A DNA stretch of 64,000 bases from Candidatus Latescibacterota bacterium (GCA_965219455.1 OZ244744.1:4416001-4480000); one strand, 5' to 3'; positions 30,971-41,876 are shown, counted from the first letter of the stretch. The notes: generated by a model not told the origin, from the letters alone. Translations and numbers: made by a program.

Positions 30971-31480
30971 GTGCCATTGCTAAACCGGCCGGTGCTGGTC
31001 CTGAACCAGAGTTACGAACCCATCCAGGTGTGTAACGTACGGCGGGCTATTGTTCTCGTGTTTCGTGGGCGGGCAGAGGTCATTGAAGCGCTGGATCTGT
31101 ATGTCCGAACGGTTTCCGACCGATTTCCGGTGCCCAGTGTCGTACGCCTCGGGCTTTACGTTCGCGTTGTCCCCAAGCAACTTGCGCTGTCCAAAAAAAA
31201 CGTCCTGAAACGGGATGGACACCGGTGCCAGTATTGTGGGACCCGAAAGGGTCCAATGACAGTCGACCACGTGGTTCCCCGTACCGGAAACGGGCGGGAC
31301 ACATGGGAGAATCTGGTGTGTGCCTGTTTGCCTTGCAACAACCTCAAGGGCAATCAAACGCCGGAACAGGCAGGAATCAATTTGCTGCGCCGACCTCGCA
31401 GGCCCAGTACCGTCACCTCCATCAGCCAGTTGATCGGGGTGCCGGACCGCCGGTGGCGGCCGTATCTGTTTATGGATTGA
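30971..31480 (+). CDS. HNH endonuclease (McrA-like)
   Basis: VLVLNQSYEP, RDGHRCQYCG, TVDHVVP, WENLVCACxxCN. Confidence 0.92.
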   Translation: MPLLNRPVLVLNQSYEPIQVCNVRRAIVLVFRGRAEVIEALDLYVRTVSDRFPVPSVVRLGLYVRVVPKQLALSKKNVLKRDGHRCQYCGTRKGPMTVDHVVPRTGNGRDTWENLVCACLPCNNLKGNQTPEQAGINLLRRPRRPSTVTSISQLIGVPDRRWRPYLFMD

Positions 31481-31583
31481 AGCGCGGGCTCCAATGGCCC
31501 GAACCGCGCGGGGATACATCACTTCTCCGACCCGCGTATCGAACAGGTTGGGGACCCGGCAAACGTCAAGGGAGATTGCTTGA

Positions 31584-32387
31584 ATGAATGCCGAACCGCT
31601 GGCAGTTCAGGGAAACGCCGGAGGCGATGCCTACGGGGTGAAACTGGATGTTTTCGAGGGGCCGCTGGACCTGCTGCTTTTTCTGATTCGCAAGGATGAG
31701 ATCGACGTTTACGATATACCCATCGCCGACGTCACACGGCAGTTTCTGGAGTTTGTCGAAGTGATGCAGACGCTCAATCTGGAACCTGCCGGAGATTTTC
31801 TGGTCATGGCGGCCACGCTAATGAAGATCAAGTCGCGCATGTTGCTGCCCGCGGATCCCGATGCGGATGAGGAAGAAGAGGATCCCAGAGAAGAGCTGGT
31901 TCGGCGCCTGCTGGAATACCGGCAATTCAAGGAAGTGGCCAACTGGCTCGAAGACAAGCAGGATTCACATCGGGATTGCTTTTACCGCGGGGCCGCTCTG
32001 GACACCGGAGAAATCGACGAGGCCGAACAGGATCCGTTGGCGGCCTATGGTTCGGTGAGTCTGTTCGACCTGATGGCGGCGTTCAGAACAGCCCTCCTGG
32101 CTGCGCCGAAAGAGGATTACCACGAGGTCCATCAGCTGGAAGTGACGACCGAGGACCGGATGGATGTCGTCCGGGACATACTGGAAAAAAGGCGCCGGGT
32201 TCAGTTTTCGGATCTGGTTTCCGGTCTTCCGCGAATTGTCCTCATTGTCACTTTCATTGCCCTGCTCGAGCTGATTAAGACCGGGCGGGCTGTTGCCAGA
32301 CAGAGCGGTTCTGAAGGTGAAATCTGGGTTTACAGACGGGATGAAAATAAATCAGAACCTGGTTCAGAATCGACCAACGAACATTGA
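31584..32387 (+). CDS. scpA: Segregation/condensation protein A
   Basis: FEGPLDLLLFLI, DPREELVRRLLEY, TFIALLEL. Confidence 0.96.
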   Translation: MNAEPLAVQGNAGGDAYGVKLDVFEGPLDLLLFLIRKDEIDVYDIPIADVTRQFLEFVEVMQTLNLEPAGDFLVMAATLMKIKSRMLLPADPDADEEEEDPREELVRRLLEYRQFKEVANWLEDKQDSHRDCFYRGAALDTGEIDEAEQDPLAAYGSVSLFDLMAAFRTALLAAPKEDYHEVHQLEVTTEDRMDVVRDILEKRRRVQFSDLVSGLPRIVLIVTFIALLELIKTGRAVARQSGSEGEIWVYRRDENKSEPGSESTNEH

Positions 32388-32435
32388 ACACGTATCGTTC
32401 AACGGCGGCGTGTCACACGTCAAAGACCGCTTCAG

Positions 32436-33221
32436 ATGATCGAAAATTCGATCCAATCGAGTATTTTTGATATGGGCGAATCGTATGGCATAAACCCGGT
32501 CGCGTCGGATGAAGACGCGCGCACTCAGGGTATTCTGGAGGCGATGTTGATGGCGGCGGACAGACCGCTCGGCGCCAGCCAGATCGCTTCGATGCTGGAT
32601 GGCCTGCGGCCAGGAGACGTGCGTGCGCATGTGGATGACCTGAACGAGCAGTACGGCCGGACCGGGCGCAGTTTTAAAATTTCGGAGATTGCCGGCGGAT
32701 TCCAGTTCATGGTGCATTCGGAATACGGCGCATGGATTCGCCGGCTTCTTAAAGAAAAGGCGCCCGTCCGGCTTTCGTCGGCAGCCCTGGAAACGCTTGC
32801 CATCATCGTGTTCAAACAACCGGTAATGAAGGCCGAGGTGGAACACATTCGCGGGGTGTCGGTGGACGGGGTGGTGCGGCATCTGCTCGAGAAGGGATTG
32901 ATCCGCATCGCCGGACGGTCGGATGCCCCCGGAAGGCCGCTGCTTTATGGGACGACGCGGGACTTTTTGAAGCACTTCGGATTGAAAACGTTGTCTGATT
33001 TGCCAAAGGTTCGGGAATTGGATGAGTTGCTGAACGAAAAGGCGGCCGCGGCGTCATCGCCAGGCAGTTTTCTGGAGGCGATGGGGCGCCCGGAGGAAGC
33101 GGCGGGGAATTCAGGCGACGGCTCCGAAAGCGGGTCCGGATCGGTCACGAGCCCCGGCGGTGCGGGTGCAGTGCCGGAGGTGCGCCGCGCCGGTGAGGAC
33201 GGAGGGAAACCGATTCCGTAG
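32436..33221 (+). CDS. scpB: SMC-Scp complex subunit B
   Basis: LSSAALETLAII, IRGV, GRPLLYGTT; start uncertain. Confidence 0.95.
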   Translation: MIENSIQSSIFDMGESYGINPVASDEDARTQGILEAMLMAADRPLGASQIASMLDGLRPGDVRAHVDDLNEQYGRTGRSFKISEIAGGFQFMVHSEYGAWIRRLLKEKAPVRLSSAALETLAIIVFKQPVMKAEVEHIRGVSVDGVVRHLLEKGLIRIAGRSDAPGRPLLYGTTRDFLKHFGLKTLSDLPKVRELDELLNEKAAAASSPGSFLEAMGRPEEAAGNSGDGSESGSGSVTSPGGAGAVPEVRRAGEDGGKPIP

Positions 33222-33243
33222 CAATCAAGGGCGGAGGGTTGTG

Positions 33244-33924
33244 ATGGGCAAAAGGGGCATCGTGATTGCCATCGACGGTCCCGCGGGGTCGGGTAAAAGC
33301 ACAACGGCTCGATGTGTCGCCAACACGCTGGCGTACCTTTATCTGGATACCGGCGCCATGTACCGTGCGCTGGGGTGGGCCCTGATTCGGAAGGGTGTCA
33401 GACCGGACGATGCGGCCGCGGCGACCGAGACTGCCGCAACGCTGGAATTTGAATTTCGGCTGGAGGACGGCTGTCAGCGGGTTTTGATCAACGGCGAGGA
33501 TGTGACCGGCAGGATCCGTACTCCGAAGGTTGCTGATGCCGCCTCCCGGGTGGCGGTCCACCCCGCAGTCCGGAAGATTCTCGTGGCGCGCCAGCAGGAG
33601 ATGGGCGCCGACGGAGGCATTGTGCTTGAAGGCCGGGATACGGGTACGGCAGTTTTTCCTGGCGCCGATCTGAAAGTGTTTCTTGTGGCCGATGTCGCTG
33701 AGAGGGCGCGGCGGCAGCAACGGGCTCTGCTTGATCGAGGCGACCGGACGCATCTGGATGTCTTAATGGCTCAGATTCGGGAGCGAGACGCGCGAGACAG
33801 GGCAACGCAAAGGCGTACGGGATCGTGGCCGGCTTCGGATGCAATAAGGGTGGATACCACCGGCCTGAGTATCGACGCACAGGTCGCCCGCGTGGTGGCG
33901 CTTGCGTACGAAAGCGGAATTTAG
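33244..33924 (+). CDS. cmk: Cytidylate kinase
   Basis: IAIDGPAGSGKST, DTGAMYRA, EGRD. Confidence 0.95.
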   Translation: MGKRGIVIAIDGPAGSGKSTTARCVANTLAYLYLDTGAMYRALGWALIRKGVRPDDAAAATETAATLEFEFRLEDGCQRVLINGEDVTGRIRTPKVADAASRVAVHPAVRKILVARQQEMGADGGIVLEGRDTGTAVFPGADLKVFLVADVAERARRQQRALLDRGDRTHLDVLMAQIRERDARDRATQRRTGSWPASDAIRVDTTGLSIDAQVARVVALAYESGI

Positions 33925-33942
33925 GAGATTCACGGGCCCACG

Positions 33943-34617
33943 ATGCGCACCGACATTTACACCGGACGGCCGGGCAATCTCTTTTACCGGTTCATCTGGG
34001 CGCTTGGCGCCGGATCATGCACGTGCCTGTTTCGGCTTCGTATCGCCGGGCGTCATTTTGTGCCGCGTCGGGGCGGCGTCATTCTGGCGAGCAACCACGC
34101 CTCCTACGCAGATCCCGTATTTATCGGGGTTGCGGCAGCCCGGGAACTTTCGTATGTTACCAAGCAGGAAGCGTTTCCCGTTCCTGTTCTCGGCTGGCTG
34201 ATCCGGAGGCTGAACGCGCTGCCAATCGACCGGTCTCGTGGGGATCGGGGCGCGTTGCGGGGTATCGAACAGTGTCTCAAAGGGGGCGGTGCGATGTTTC
34301 TTTCGCCGGAGGGCACCCGCAACAAGAACTCCAGACTGAGGCCGCCCAAAGACGGCGTCGGTATGTTGGCGTACCGGGCGCGGGTTCCCGTGGTGCCGGT
34401 CTATATTTCCGGGACGGTCAACATCTGGACGAGTCTGATCGGGCTGAGCTGCGTGACGGTGCGGTTTGGAAAACCGATTCGGGTATCTCCTACCGGATTG
34501 CCCGCCAGGCGGCGGGCCGCCTACCATTCCATCAGTAGCGAGGTGATGCACGAAATACGTAACTTAAGGCCGCGCAGGCGCAATACCGGCCCGCCTGCAC
34601 CCGGTTCAGTGCGTTAG
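33943..34617 (+). CDS. plsC: Lysophospholipid acyltransferase
   Basis: NHASYAD, PEGTR. Confidence 0.9.
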   Translation: MRTDIYTGRPGNLFYRFIWALGAGSCTCLFRLRIAGRHFVPRRGGVILASNHASYADPVFIGVAAARELSYVTKQEAFPVPVLGWLIRRLNALPIDRSRGDRGALRGIEQCLKGGGAMFLSPEGTRNKNSRLRPPKDGVGMLAYRARVPVVPVYISGTVNIWTSLIGLSCVTVRFGKPIRVSPTGLPARRRAAYHSISSEVMHEIRNLRPRRRNTGPPAPGSVR

Positions 34618-34731
34618 CGCCGGTAAGGTTTCTGCGGAGATCCGGTCTCCGTCTTTTCCCGGTCGTTTTACGCCGAACCGCAAATCCGGGGCAACTGCCT
34701 CTTGCGGAACGGCCAAGGAGGTCGCTGTTTC

Positions 34732-36654
34732 ATGTCGGAAGAAAACAACACCGCAAGCCCGATCGTTTCCCAACTGTCGAGCGAGGAAGCACTGGAAGCG
34801 TTGGACGAGCGTGAATACTCGGAAGAGGAATTCGCCTCGATGATGAGTTTGTATGAAGATACGATGAGCAATATAACACAGGGCGAAATTGTCTCCGGAA
34901 CCGTTCTGGCCGTCGCGGATAACTCGGTCGTCGTCGATATCGGATTCAAGTCCGAAGGCGCCATACCGCTTTCAGAGTTTGCGGACCCGTCCGAAGTCGA
35001 GGTGGGGCAGGAAATCGAGGTCTATCTCGAAGACGTGGAAGACCAGGAAGGTCAAATTGTGCTGTCCAAACAGAAGGCTGACTTTATGCGGGTGTGGGAC
35101 CGTATAAAAGACGCCTACGACAGCGATCAGATCGTTGAAGGGCGGCTCGCGCGGCGTATCAAGGGCGGTATTGTGGTGGATCTGTTCGGCGTAGACGCTT
35201 TCCTGCCCGGATCGCAGATCGATATCAAACAGGTGAAGAATTTCGATCAGTTCATCGGCGAGGTCTTTCCCTTTCGCATCATCAAACTCAACAAGAACCG
35301 GCGTAATATCGTCGTTTCCAGGCGGGTCGTGCTGGAGGCCGAGCGGGAGCGCTTGCGCAAACAGATTCTTGAAACGCTGGAAGTCGGCCAGGTACGCGAA
35401 GGCGCGGTGAAGAACATCACGGACTTCGGTGGTTTTATCGACCTGGGTGGTCTGGACGGTCTGTTGCACATTACGGATATTTCCTGGGGCCGGATCGGAC
35501 ATCCTTCGGAAGTGTTGTCCATTGGCGACAACATACAGGTAAAGGTGCTCAACTACGACGAGGAGCGCGAGCGGATCTCCCTGGGAATGAAGCAACTTAC
35601 ACCGCATCCATGGGAAAATGTCGAGGACAAATACCCGGTTGGCGACAGGGTGGATGGCAAAGTCGTGAGTATCACGGACTACGGAGCGTTTGTGGAATTG
35701 GAGCAGGGCGTGGAGGGCCTGGTCCACATTTCGGAGATGTCCTGGACACAGCATATCCGTCATCCGTCCAAGCTTGTTTCCATTGGCGACCAGTTGAAGG
35801 TTGTGATTCTGAACGTGGACAAAGAGGGTCAGAAGATTTCGCTTGGCCTGAAGCAGACAACCGATGACCCCTGGCTTTCGCTGGACGAGAAATATCCCGT
35901 AGGTACCCGGCTGACGGGCCTGGTGCGCAACCTGGTCAATTTCGGCGCGTTTGTGGAAATAGAAGAGGGCATCGACGGCCTGGTCCATATTTCCGACATG
36001 TCATGGACCCGGCGTGTGCGTCATCCCAGCGACGTCGTCAAAAAGGGAGAAAACGTCGACGTGGTTGTTCTCAATATCGACAAAAAACGTCGTCGCATCT
36101 CCCTGGGCCACAAGCAGACCATTGAAAACCCCTGGTCTGAACTGGCCGTACAGTACGCGGTGGGTAAAATGACCGCGGGCAGGATCTCCCGGTTGCTCGA
36201 ACGCGGGGTCGTGGTCGACCTGGAAGGCGATGTCGAGGGTTTCATTCCGGTTTCGCAGTTGGGGCTGTCAGATCTGCAAACACCGCAGACCCACTTCTCG
36301 GAACAGGACGAGTTACCGCTCAAGGTCGTTGAATTCGATGAAGAGCAACGCAAGATCGTGTTGAGCGTGAAGGAATATATGCGCGACGCCGAACAGGCCG
36401 AGATCGATGCCTATATTGAAAGCCACCAGCCAAAACCCGTCACAGTGGGCGAGGTGGTGGGGGTTGCAGCGGATTCAGAAGAATCGACCGTGGATGCAGA
36501 TTCGGTTGCGGATCCCGAAGCCGGCGACGGAAAACCCGTCGAAGGGACGGAAGCCGAATCTACGGAGGACGTTCCCGGCGAAGACAGCCCGCCTTCCGTG
36601 GAGACTTCCCCTGCGACCGATGAGACGGAGGCCGCGTCGAAGTCGGATGTTTAG
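34732..36654 (+). CDS. rpsA: 30S ribosomal protein S1
   Basis: Multiple S1 domains (DIGFKSEG, DGLLHITDISW, EGLVHISEMSW); AAGGAGG RBS. Confidence 0.98.
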   Translation: MSEENNTASPIVSQLSSEEALEALDEREYSEEEFASMMSLYEDTMSNITQGEIVSGTVLAVADNSVVVDIGFKSEGAIPLSEFADPSEVEVGQEIEVYLEDVEDQEGQIVLSKQKADFMRVWDRIKDAYDSDQIVEGRLARRIKGGIVVDLFGVDAFLPGSQIDIKQVKNFDQFIGEVFPFRIIKLNKNRRNIVVSRRVVLEAERERLRKQILETLEVGQVREGAVKNITDFGGFIDLGGLDGLLHITDISWGRIGHPSEVLSIGDNIQVKVLNYDEERERISLGMKQLTPHPWENVEDKYPVGDRVDGKVVSITDYGAFVELEQGVEGLVHISEMSWTQHIRHPSKLVSIGDQLKVVILNVDKEGQKISLGLKQTTDDPWLSLDEKYPVGTRLTGLVRNLVNFGAFVEIEEGIDGLVHISDMSWTRRVRHPSDVVKKGENVDVVVLNIDKKRRRISLGHKQTIENPWSELAVQYAVGKMTAGRISRLLERGVVVDLEGDVEGFIPVSQLGLSDLQTPQTHFSEQDELPLKVVEFDEEQRKIVLSVKEYMRDAEQAEIDAYIESHQPKPVTVGEVVGVAADSEESTVDADSVADPEAGDGKPVEGTEAESTEDVPGEDSPPSVETSPATDETEAASKSDV

Positions 36655-36689
36655 GATTCTCGGACAACCGGTTCGTTCGAAACAAAGAG

Positions 36690-36880
36690 TTGGGGAGTTG
36701 TCCTCAACTCTTTGTCGTATGGGCCCGACCGGTAACGTGGCGCTCGTTTCGACAAGCTCAACGCAGGCAACGCAAGCAACGCGCAACGCAGCGAGACGGG
36801 ATGAACCGGCGCCTGCTGTGCGTGCTGCCTCACGCACGCAGACAGGGAATAATGATGATATATTTCTGGAACAGGGAACG
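36690..36880. repeat. Composite of dispersed repeat modules and hairpins after rpsA
   Basis: Hairpin acaaagagttg..caactctttgt; ttcgacaagctca..gcaagcaacg..agcgagacgg shared with 752-796; gcgtg..cacgc hairpin; tatttctggaacagg resembles the MITE B right end. Confidence 0.6.
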
Positions 36881-36971
36881 TGGTCCGGGCAAAAAGCCGG
36901 CAGTTTTTCTTCCGGCAGGTCGTGCCCGATGGACTTGAAGTGGTCGGCGGCAAAAACGAGGAAGTGGACGG

Positions 36972-38369
36972 ATGAACGGAAACGATAAAACCGTATCGTT
37001 TTATACCCTTGGCTGCAAGTTGAATACCTACGATACGGAATGGTACCGCGAGCAATTCAGACACGAGGGGTACCGGGAGGTGGCGTTTGGCCGGCCAGCG
37101 GATGTGACGGTGGTTAATACCTGCGCGGTGACGGGACAGGGTGCCGCACAGTCCAGACAGATGCTGCGTCGGGCGCATCGGATATCGCCCGACGGCACGT
37201 TGGTGGCCATGGGTTGTTATGCACAGACCGATCCGGATGTGCTGATCGATATGCCGGAAGTCGATCTCGTTGTCGGTACGGCGGAGAAGACCCGCCTGCT
37301 GGATCTGATCAACGATACCTGCTCCATTGGACGAAGTTACGTGACCCGACGCCGAACCGCTGAATTTCAGGAAATGGATATCTTCAATTTCGGGGGCAGG
37401 GCGCGTGCGTTCGTGAAGATCCAGGAGGGATGCAACGAGTTCTGCTCATTCTGCATCATTCCGTTTGCGAGGGGCCGGAGCCGGAGCCGCGGCCTTCAGA
37501 GCTGCCTGGATCAGGTGCAGCGGCTGGTGGATGTCGGTTACCAGGAGGTCGTCCTTGCGGGTGTGCATATTGGCGACTACGGCGCGGATCTGGACGGCCC
37601 CGTACTGCTGGATCTGTTTGAGGCCATCGAGCAGATGACGGGACTGCAGCGGTTTAGAGTGAGCTCGATCGAAGCGTCGTTCATAAGCGATGAAATGGTC
37701 GATTTCTTCTCGGCCTCGTCCAAGTTCTGCAGGCATCTGCATATTCCGCTCCAGAGCGGAGACGATGGGATTCTAAGATCAATGCGCAGGCCGTATACCC
37801 GGACGCGTTATCTCTCGCTGATCGAGACGCTGGCAGACCGGGTTCCCGAAATCGGCCTGGGTGCGGATGTGATGGTCGGATTCCCGGGTGAAACCGATGA
37901 GGCATTCGCCAATACGTTTGACCTGATCGACAAGGGCCCCCTGGCGTTCCTGCACGTGTTTCCCTTTTCGCCACGGAGCGGCACGGCGGCCGTGCGAATG
38001 GGCGGTGAGGTGGATTCCGCCGTGAAGAAGCGGCGAGGCGTGCGCCTCAGGAGACTGGGCACGCGGAAAACAGAAGCCTTCTGCCGTCGTTTTTCGGGGA
38101 GGACGATGCACGTACTTTTCGAAGACAGGCGCGAACCGGGCACCGGGTATCTGCAGGGCGTTACCGACAATTATATCCGTGTGTTCGCTTCTGGTCCCGA
38201 AAACGCGAAGAATTCAATCGTGCCTGTACGGCTCTTGGAAATGGGTCCCGACCGGGTCATCGGTGAGCTGGTTGGTGACGGTCCGGACACCGCCATAAAG
38301 GAGGTCTCCGTGTCCACGGGCGCGGATGGCGTTCCGGCCGCTGTATCTGGTGAGTTTCGGAATATCTGA
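36972..38369 (+). CDS. mtaB: tRNA t6A37 methylthiotransferase
   Basis: TLGCKLN, VNTCAVT, KIQEGCNEFCSFC, HIPLQSG, C-terminal TRAM-like region. Confidence 0.92.
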   Translation: MNGNDKTVSFYTLGCKLNTYDTEWYREQFRHEGYREVAFGRPADVTVVNTCAVTGQGAAQSRQMLRRAHRISPDGTLVAMGCYAQTDPDVLIDMPEVDLVVGTAEKTRLLDLINDTCSIGRSYVTRRRTAEFQEMDIFNFGGRARAFVKIQEGCNEFCSFCIIPFARGRSRSRGLQSCLDQVQRLVDVGYQEVVLAGVHIGDYGADLDGPVLLDLFEAIEQMTGLQRFRVSSIEASFISDEMVDFFSASSKFCRHLHIPLQSGDDGILRSMRRPYTRTRYLSLIETLADRVPEIGLGADVMVGFPGETDEAFANTFDLIDKGPLAFLHVFPFSPRSGTAAVRMGGEVDSAVKKRRGVRLRRLGTRKTEAFCRRFSGRTMHVLFEDRREPGTGYLQGVTDNYIRVFASGPENAKNSIVPVRLLEMGPDRVIGELVGDGPDTAIKEVSVSTGADGVPAAVSGEFRNI

Positions 38370-38445
38370 CTATATTCGTTCATATCCAGCCACAGGACGC
38401 CGGCGAGAGCGTTGCACTTGTATGAGCATTGATAGGCGCACTCGA

Positions 38446-39135
38446 ATGTTGACACGAATCTGGCGCATCAGCTTCCTCTGTTTCCTGGCTTTTCCGGGGA
38501 TTCCGTTACGTTCCGAACCCGCGGATCCGGTCGCGCTGTTCAGAGACGGGCAGTTTGACAGGGCCCGAGAGGCGTTCGCTCGCCGACTGAGCGCCGAGCC
38601 CGATAATCCGGAAGCACTGTATTATTTGGGGCGTCTGACCCTGGAGGGAGCCAAATCGCGGGAATATTTCGTACGGTTGCTGAAAACCCATCCCGGTCAC
38701 GAACTCGCGGACGACGCATTGTTTGAGTTGGCGGAAGCGGACTATGCCGGGCCCTCGGGGCGATACTTTAGTGCGGAGAACCGATACGGAAAGTTGCTGA
38801 ACGAATACGGCGGAAGCCCTCTGGCGCCCCTGGCGCACTACCGATTGGGGTCCGTTTACCTGATGACTCAGCGGCCGGACGCAGCGCTTGCCGAATTTCA
38901 GACCGTACTCGATGCGTCTCGTGTGGGTGTGTTCGGGAACGGGGAAAACCTGCGGCGCATTTCCCTGCGGTTGGCAGAAGCCGGATTCCCCGTGCAAGAA
39001 GAGGCAACGACCGTTCCCGATTTTCGGATCCTGATGGTCGGGCCATTTCCCGACCGGGCCGCCGCGTCACGGGAAAAGCCCCGCGTCGAGAAGGAGGCCG
39101 GGGTGGTTAATTGCATCATTGTTGAACGACAATAA
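38446..39135 (+). CDS. Exported TPR protein with C-terminal SPOR-like domain
   Basis: Signal-like N-terminus, BamD/CpoB-like TPRs (ADDALF, APLAHYRLG), VGVF..RILMVGPF SPOR-like end. Confidence 0.7.
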   Translation: MLTRIWRISFLCFLAFPGIPLRSEPADPVALFRDGQFDRAREAFARRLSAEPDNPEALYYLGRLTLEGAKSREYFVRLLKTHPGHELADDALFELAEADYAGPSGRYFSAENRYGKLLNEYGGSPLAPLAHYRLGSVYLMTQRPDAALAEFQTVLDASRVGVFGNGENLRRISLRLAEAGFPVQEEATTVPDFRILMVGPFPDRAAASREKPRVEKEAGVVNCIIVERQ

Positions 39136-39145
39136 GGAACGTCAG

Positions 39146-41788
39146 ATGGCAAGGCCAAGAGATGTCACCCCGGCAATGGAACAGTACCTTCGTTTCAAGG
39201 ACGAACACAGAGATGCTGTACTGTTGTTCAGAATGGGGGACTTCTATGAGACGTTTTATGACGACGCCAAGGAGATTTCCGGCCTTCTTGGGCTGACGTT
39301 GACTTCACGCAACAACGGCCGGGGTGGCGAAAGCGTGCCGATGGCTGGTGTGCCGCACCATGCAGTGGATACATATCTTGCCCGGTTGATCAAGGCCGGT
39401 CGCAAGGTGGCCATTTGCGAACAGATGGAACCGCCGCAGAAAGGCAAGGCGGTCGTGCGGCGCGAGGTCGTCCAGGTGGTATCTCCGGGTACCGCGCTCT
39501 CGGACAACCTGCTGGATCAAAATCGAAACAACTATCTGATGGGTCTCTGGGTCGAGTCGAACCGAATCGGCGCCGCGGTAACGGATCTGTCGACCGGCGA
39601 TTTTCGGGCTCTGGAACGGGATGCGGATGATCTGTGGGAGGTGCTGGAGCGAATCGGTCCTGCGGAGGTCCTCGCGCCCGAGTCATGGGCGAAAGCAAAT
39701 GAGGGTGCGGTGGCGCATCGTATGCCGGGTACCCTCCTCGTGCGAACGGAGGACTGGCATTTCGGATTTGCGTATGCGTACGATTTGTTGTTGGAACACT
39801 TCCGAGTGAATTCGTTAAAGGGCTTCGGTTGCGACCAGATGACGGTGGGCATCAGCGCGGCCGGGGCGGTGTTGGGGTATCTGAAGCAGAACCAGAAGGG
39901 GGCGGTTTCTCACATCACGCGCCTCTCACAGGAGGATGAGGGCGCATACATGGGTGTGGACCTCGTAACCCAGCGGAACCTGGAGCTGATTACGTCAATA
40001 CAGGAAGGCCGGCGGGAAGGTACGTTGCTGTCCCTATTGGACCGCACGTGTACCGCGATGGGGGCGCGGACGCTAAGGTTATGGCTGTCTCAGCCGCTAC
40101 TGGATATTTCCGGAATCGAAGCGAGGCAGGATGCCGTGGAAGACCTTGTACAGCATTCCGCAAGACGTGAATCGGTTCGCTCGGTCTTGAAACAGGTTGG
40201 GGATCTCGAGCGGTTGATGTCTCGCATCTGCTGCGGTCGCTGCAGCCCGAGGGACCTTGTGGCGCTTAAGGCGTCGCTCCAGGCCATACCCGGTCTGAGA
40301 GATACGCTGAAGGCGGCAACGGTAGACCTGCTGGTGAAGGCGCGGTGTCAGGGGATGCCGGATTTGAGCGACCTGATCGACCTGATCGACCGTACAGTGG
40401 TGGACGAGCCGCCGTTTCAATTGAGCGAAGGAGGCATCATCAGGGAGGGCCATAACGGGAAACTGGACGAACTCCGCGACGCGGCGTCCGGAGGCCGCCG
40501 GTGGGTGGCTGAATTGCAGGCCAAAGAGAGGGAGCGTACCGGCATTCCGTCGCTCAAGGTCGGGTACAACAGGGCGTTCGGGTACTTTATCGAAATTACA
40601 AAGGCGAATATGGATAAAGCTCCGGATGACTACCTGCGGAAGCAGACCCTGGTGAATGCGGAGCGCTTCATTACACCGGCGCTGAAAGAATGGGAGGCAA
40701 AGATTCTTGGCGCCGACGAACGAGCGAAGGAACTGGAAAAGGAGTTGTTTCAACAACTCAGAGTCGAAGTCGAGGGCTGGGTGGAAGATGTGCAACGTAC
40801 GGCGCGGGCCGTGGCGATGGTGGACGTGTTGGCCTGTCTGGCAGAGGTGGCCGCGGCGAACGACTACGTTCGGCCCGACGTGGACGATTCCACGGGAGTC
40901 GATATTCGTGAGGGTCGCCATCCGGTTGTTGAAGGGTTGCTGCCGACGGGTAAGTTCGTGCCCAACGATTTTTTCGTGGATGGCGAACACGACCAGGTGC
41001 TGATTATTACGGGCCCCAATATGGCCGGAAAATCCACGATGTTGAGACAGATCGGTCTGATTGTTCTGCTGGCGCAACTGGGCAGCTTTGTTCCGGCGGC
41101 GGCGGCGCGTGTCGGTGTGGTGGACCGTATTTTTACGCGGGTGGGGGCGTCTGACAACCTCGCCCGGGGCGAATCCACATTTCTTGTGGAGATGAACGAA
41201 GCGGCCAACATCCTGAACAACGCTACCCCCAGGAGCCTGGTGCTTCTGGATGAAATCGGTCGCGGTACCAGTACATTCGACGGGCTCAGCATCGCCTGGG
41301 CCATGACGGAATATTTACACAATACCGCGGCAATACAGCCGCGCACGTTGTTCGCCACGCACTATCATGAATTGACTGAACTCGAGGAACTGCTGCCGAG
41401 GGTGAAGAATTACAGCGTGGCGGTCAGCAAGGAAGGCGACAACGTGATGTTTCTGCACCGGCTGGTGCCCGGGGGATGCGATCACAGTTACGGCATCGAG
41501 GTGGCACGGCTTGCCGGAATGCCCCGCGAGTTGATCGCACGAGCCCGCGAAGTGCTACGCAGGCTGGAAGCAAACGACTTGACGCCGACCGGCGAAAAAA
41601 CGCAGGCGCCGGTGGTTCGTGAGCCTGCCGTCGCTAACGGGCAGATGAATCTGTTTGACCGGTCCCCGGAAGATCCGGTTCTGTCCGAGTTGCGCGGTCT
41701 GGATGTGGGCAGTACCACACCCCTTGAGGCGCTCGTGATTCTGGATCGCTGGAAAATGGAGATAGAAGACAGGAAAACCCGGTGCTGA
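39146..41788 (+). CDS. mutS: DNA mismatch repair protein
   Basis: FRMGDFYE, GPNMAGKST, STFLVEM, DEIGRGTST, FATHYHEL. Confidence 0.98.
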   Translation: MARPRDVTPAMEQYLRFKDEHRDAVLLFRMGDFYETFYDDAKEISGLLGLTLTSRNNGRGGESVPMAGVPHHAVDTYLARLIKAGRKVAICEQMEPPQKGKAVVRREVVQVVSPGTALSDNLLDQNRNNYLMGLWVESNRIGAAVTDLSTGDFRALERDADDLWEVLERIGPAEVLAPESWAKANEGAVAHRMPGTLLVRTEDWHFGFAYAYDLLLEHFRVNSLKGFGCDQMTVGISAAGAVLGYLKQNQKGAVSHITRLSQEDEGAYMGVDLVTQRNLELITSIQEGRREGTLLSLLDRTCTAMGARTLRLWLSQPLLDISGIEARQDAVEDLVQHSARRESVRSVLKQVGDLERLMSRICCGRCSPRDLVALKASLQAIPGLRDTLKAATVDLLVKARCQGMPDLSDLIDLIDRTVVDEPPFQLSEGGIIREGHNGKLDELRDAASGGRRWVAELQAKERERTGIPSLKVGYNRAFGYFIEITKANMDKAPDDYLRKQTLVNAERFITPALKEWEAKILGADERAKELEKELFQQLRVEVEGWVEDVQRTARAVAMVDVLACLAEVAAANDYVRPDVDDSTGVDIREGRHPVVEGLLPTGKFVPNDFFVDGEHDQVLIITGPNMAGKSTMLRQIGLIVLLAQLGSFVPAAAARVGVVDRIFTRVGASDNLARGESTFLVEMNEAANILNNATPRSLVLLDEIGRGTSTFDGLSIAWAMTEYLHNTAAIQPRTLFATHYHELTELEELLPRVKNYSVAVSKEGDNVMFLHRLVPGGCDHSYGIEVARLAGMPRELIARAREVLRRLEANDLTPTGEKTQAPVVREPAVANGQMNLFDRSPEDPVLSELRGLDVGSTTPLEALVILDRWKMEIEDRKTRC

Positions 41789-41876
41789 CGCGTGGCGCCG
41801 CGTCGATTGTGACACAGATGAACATCTTGAAGAACGCGGAAACTTGCCAGAACCGCGTGGTTCGTTTCTCTGGCGC

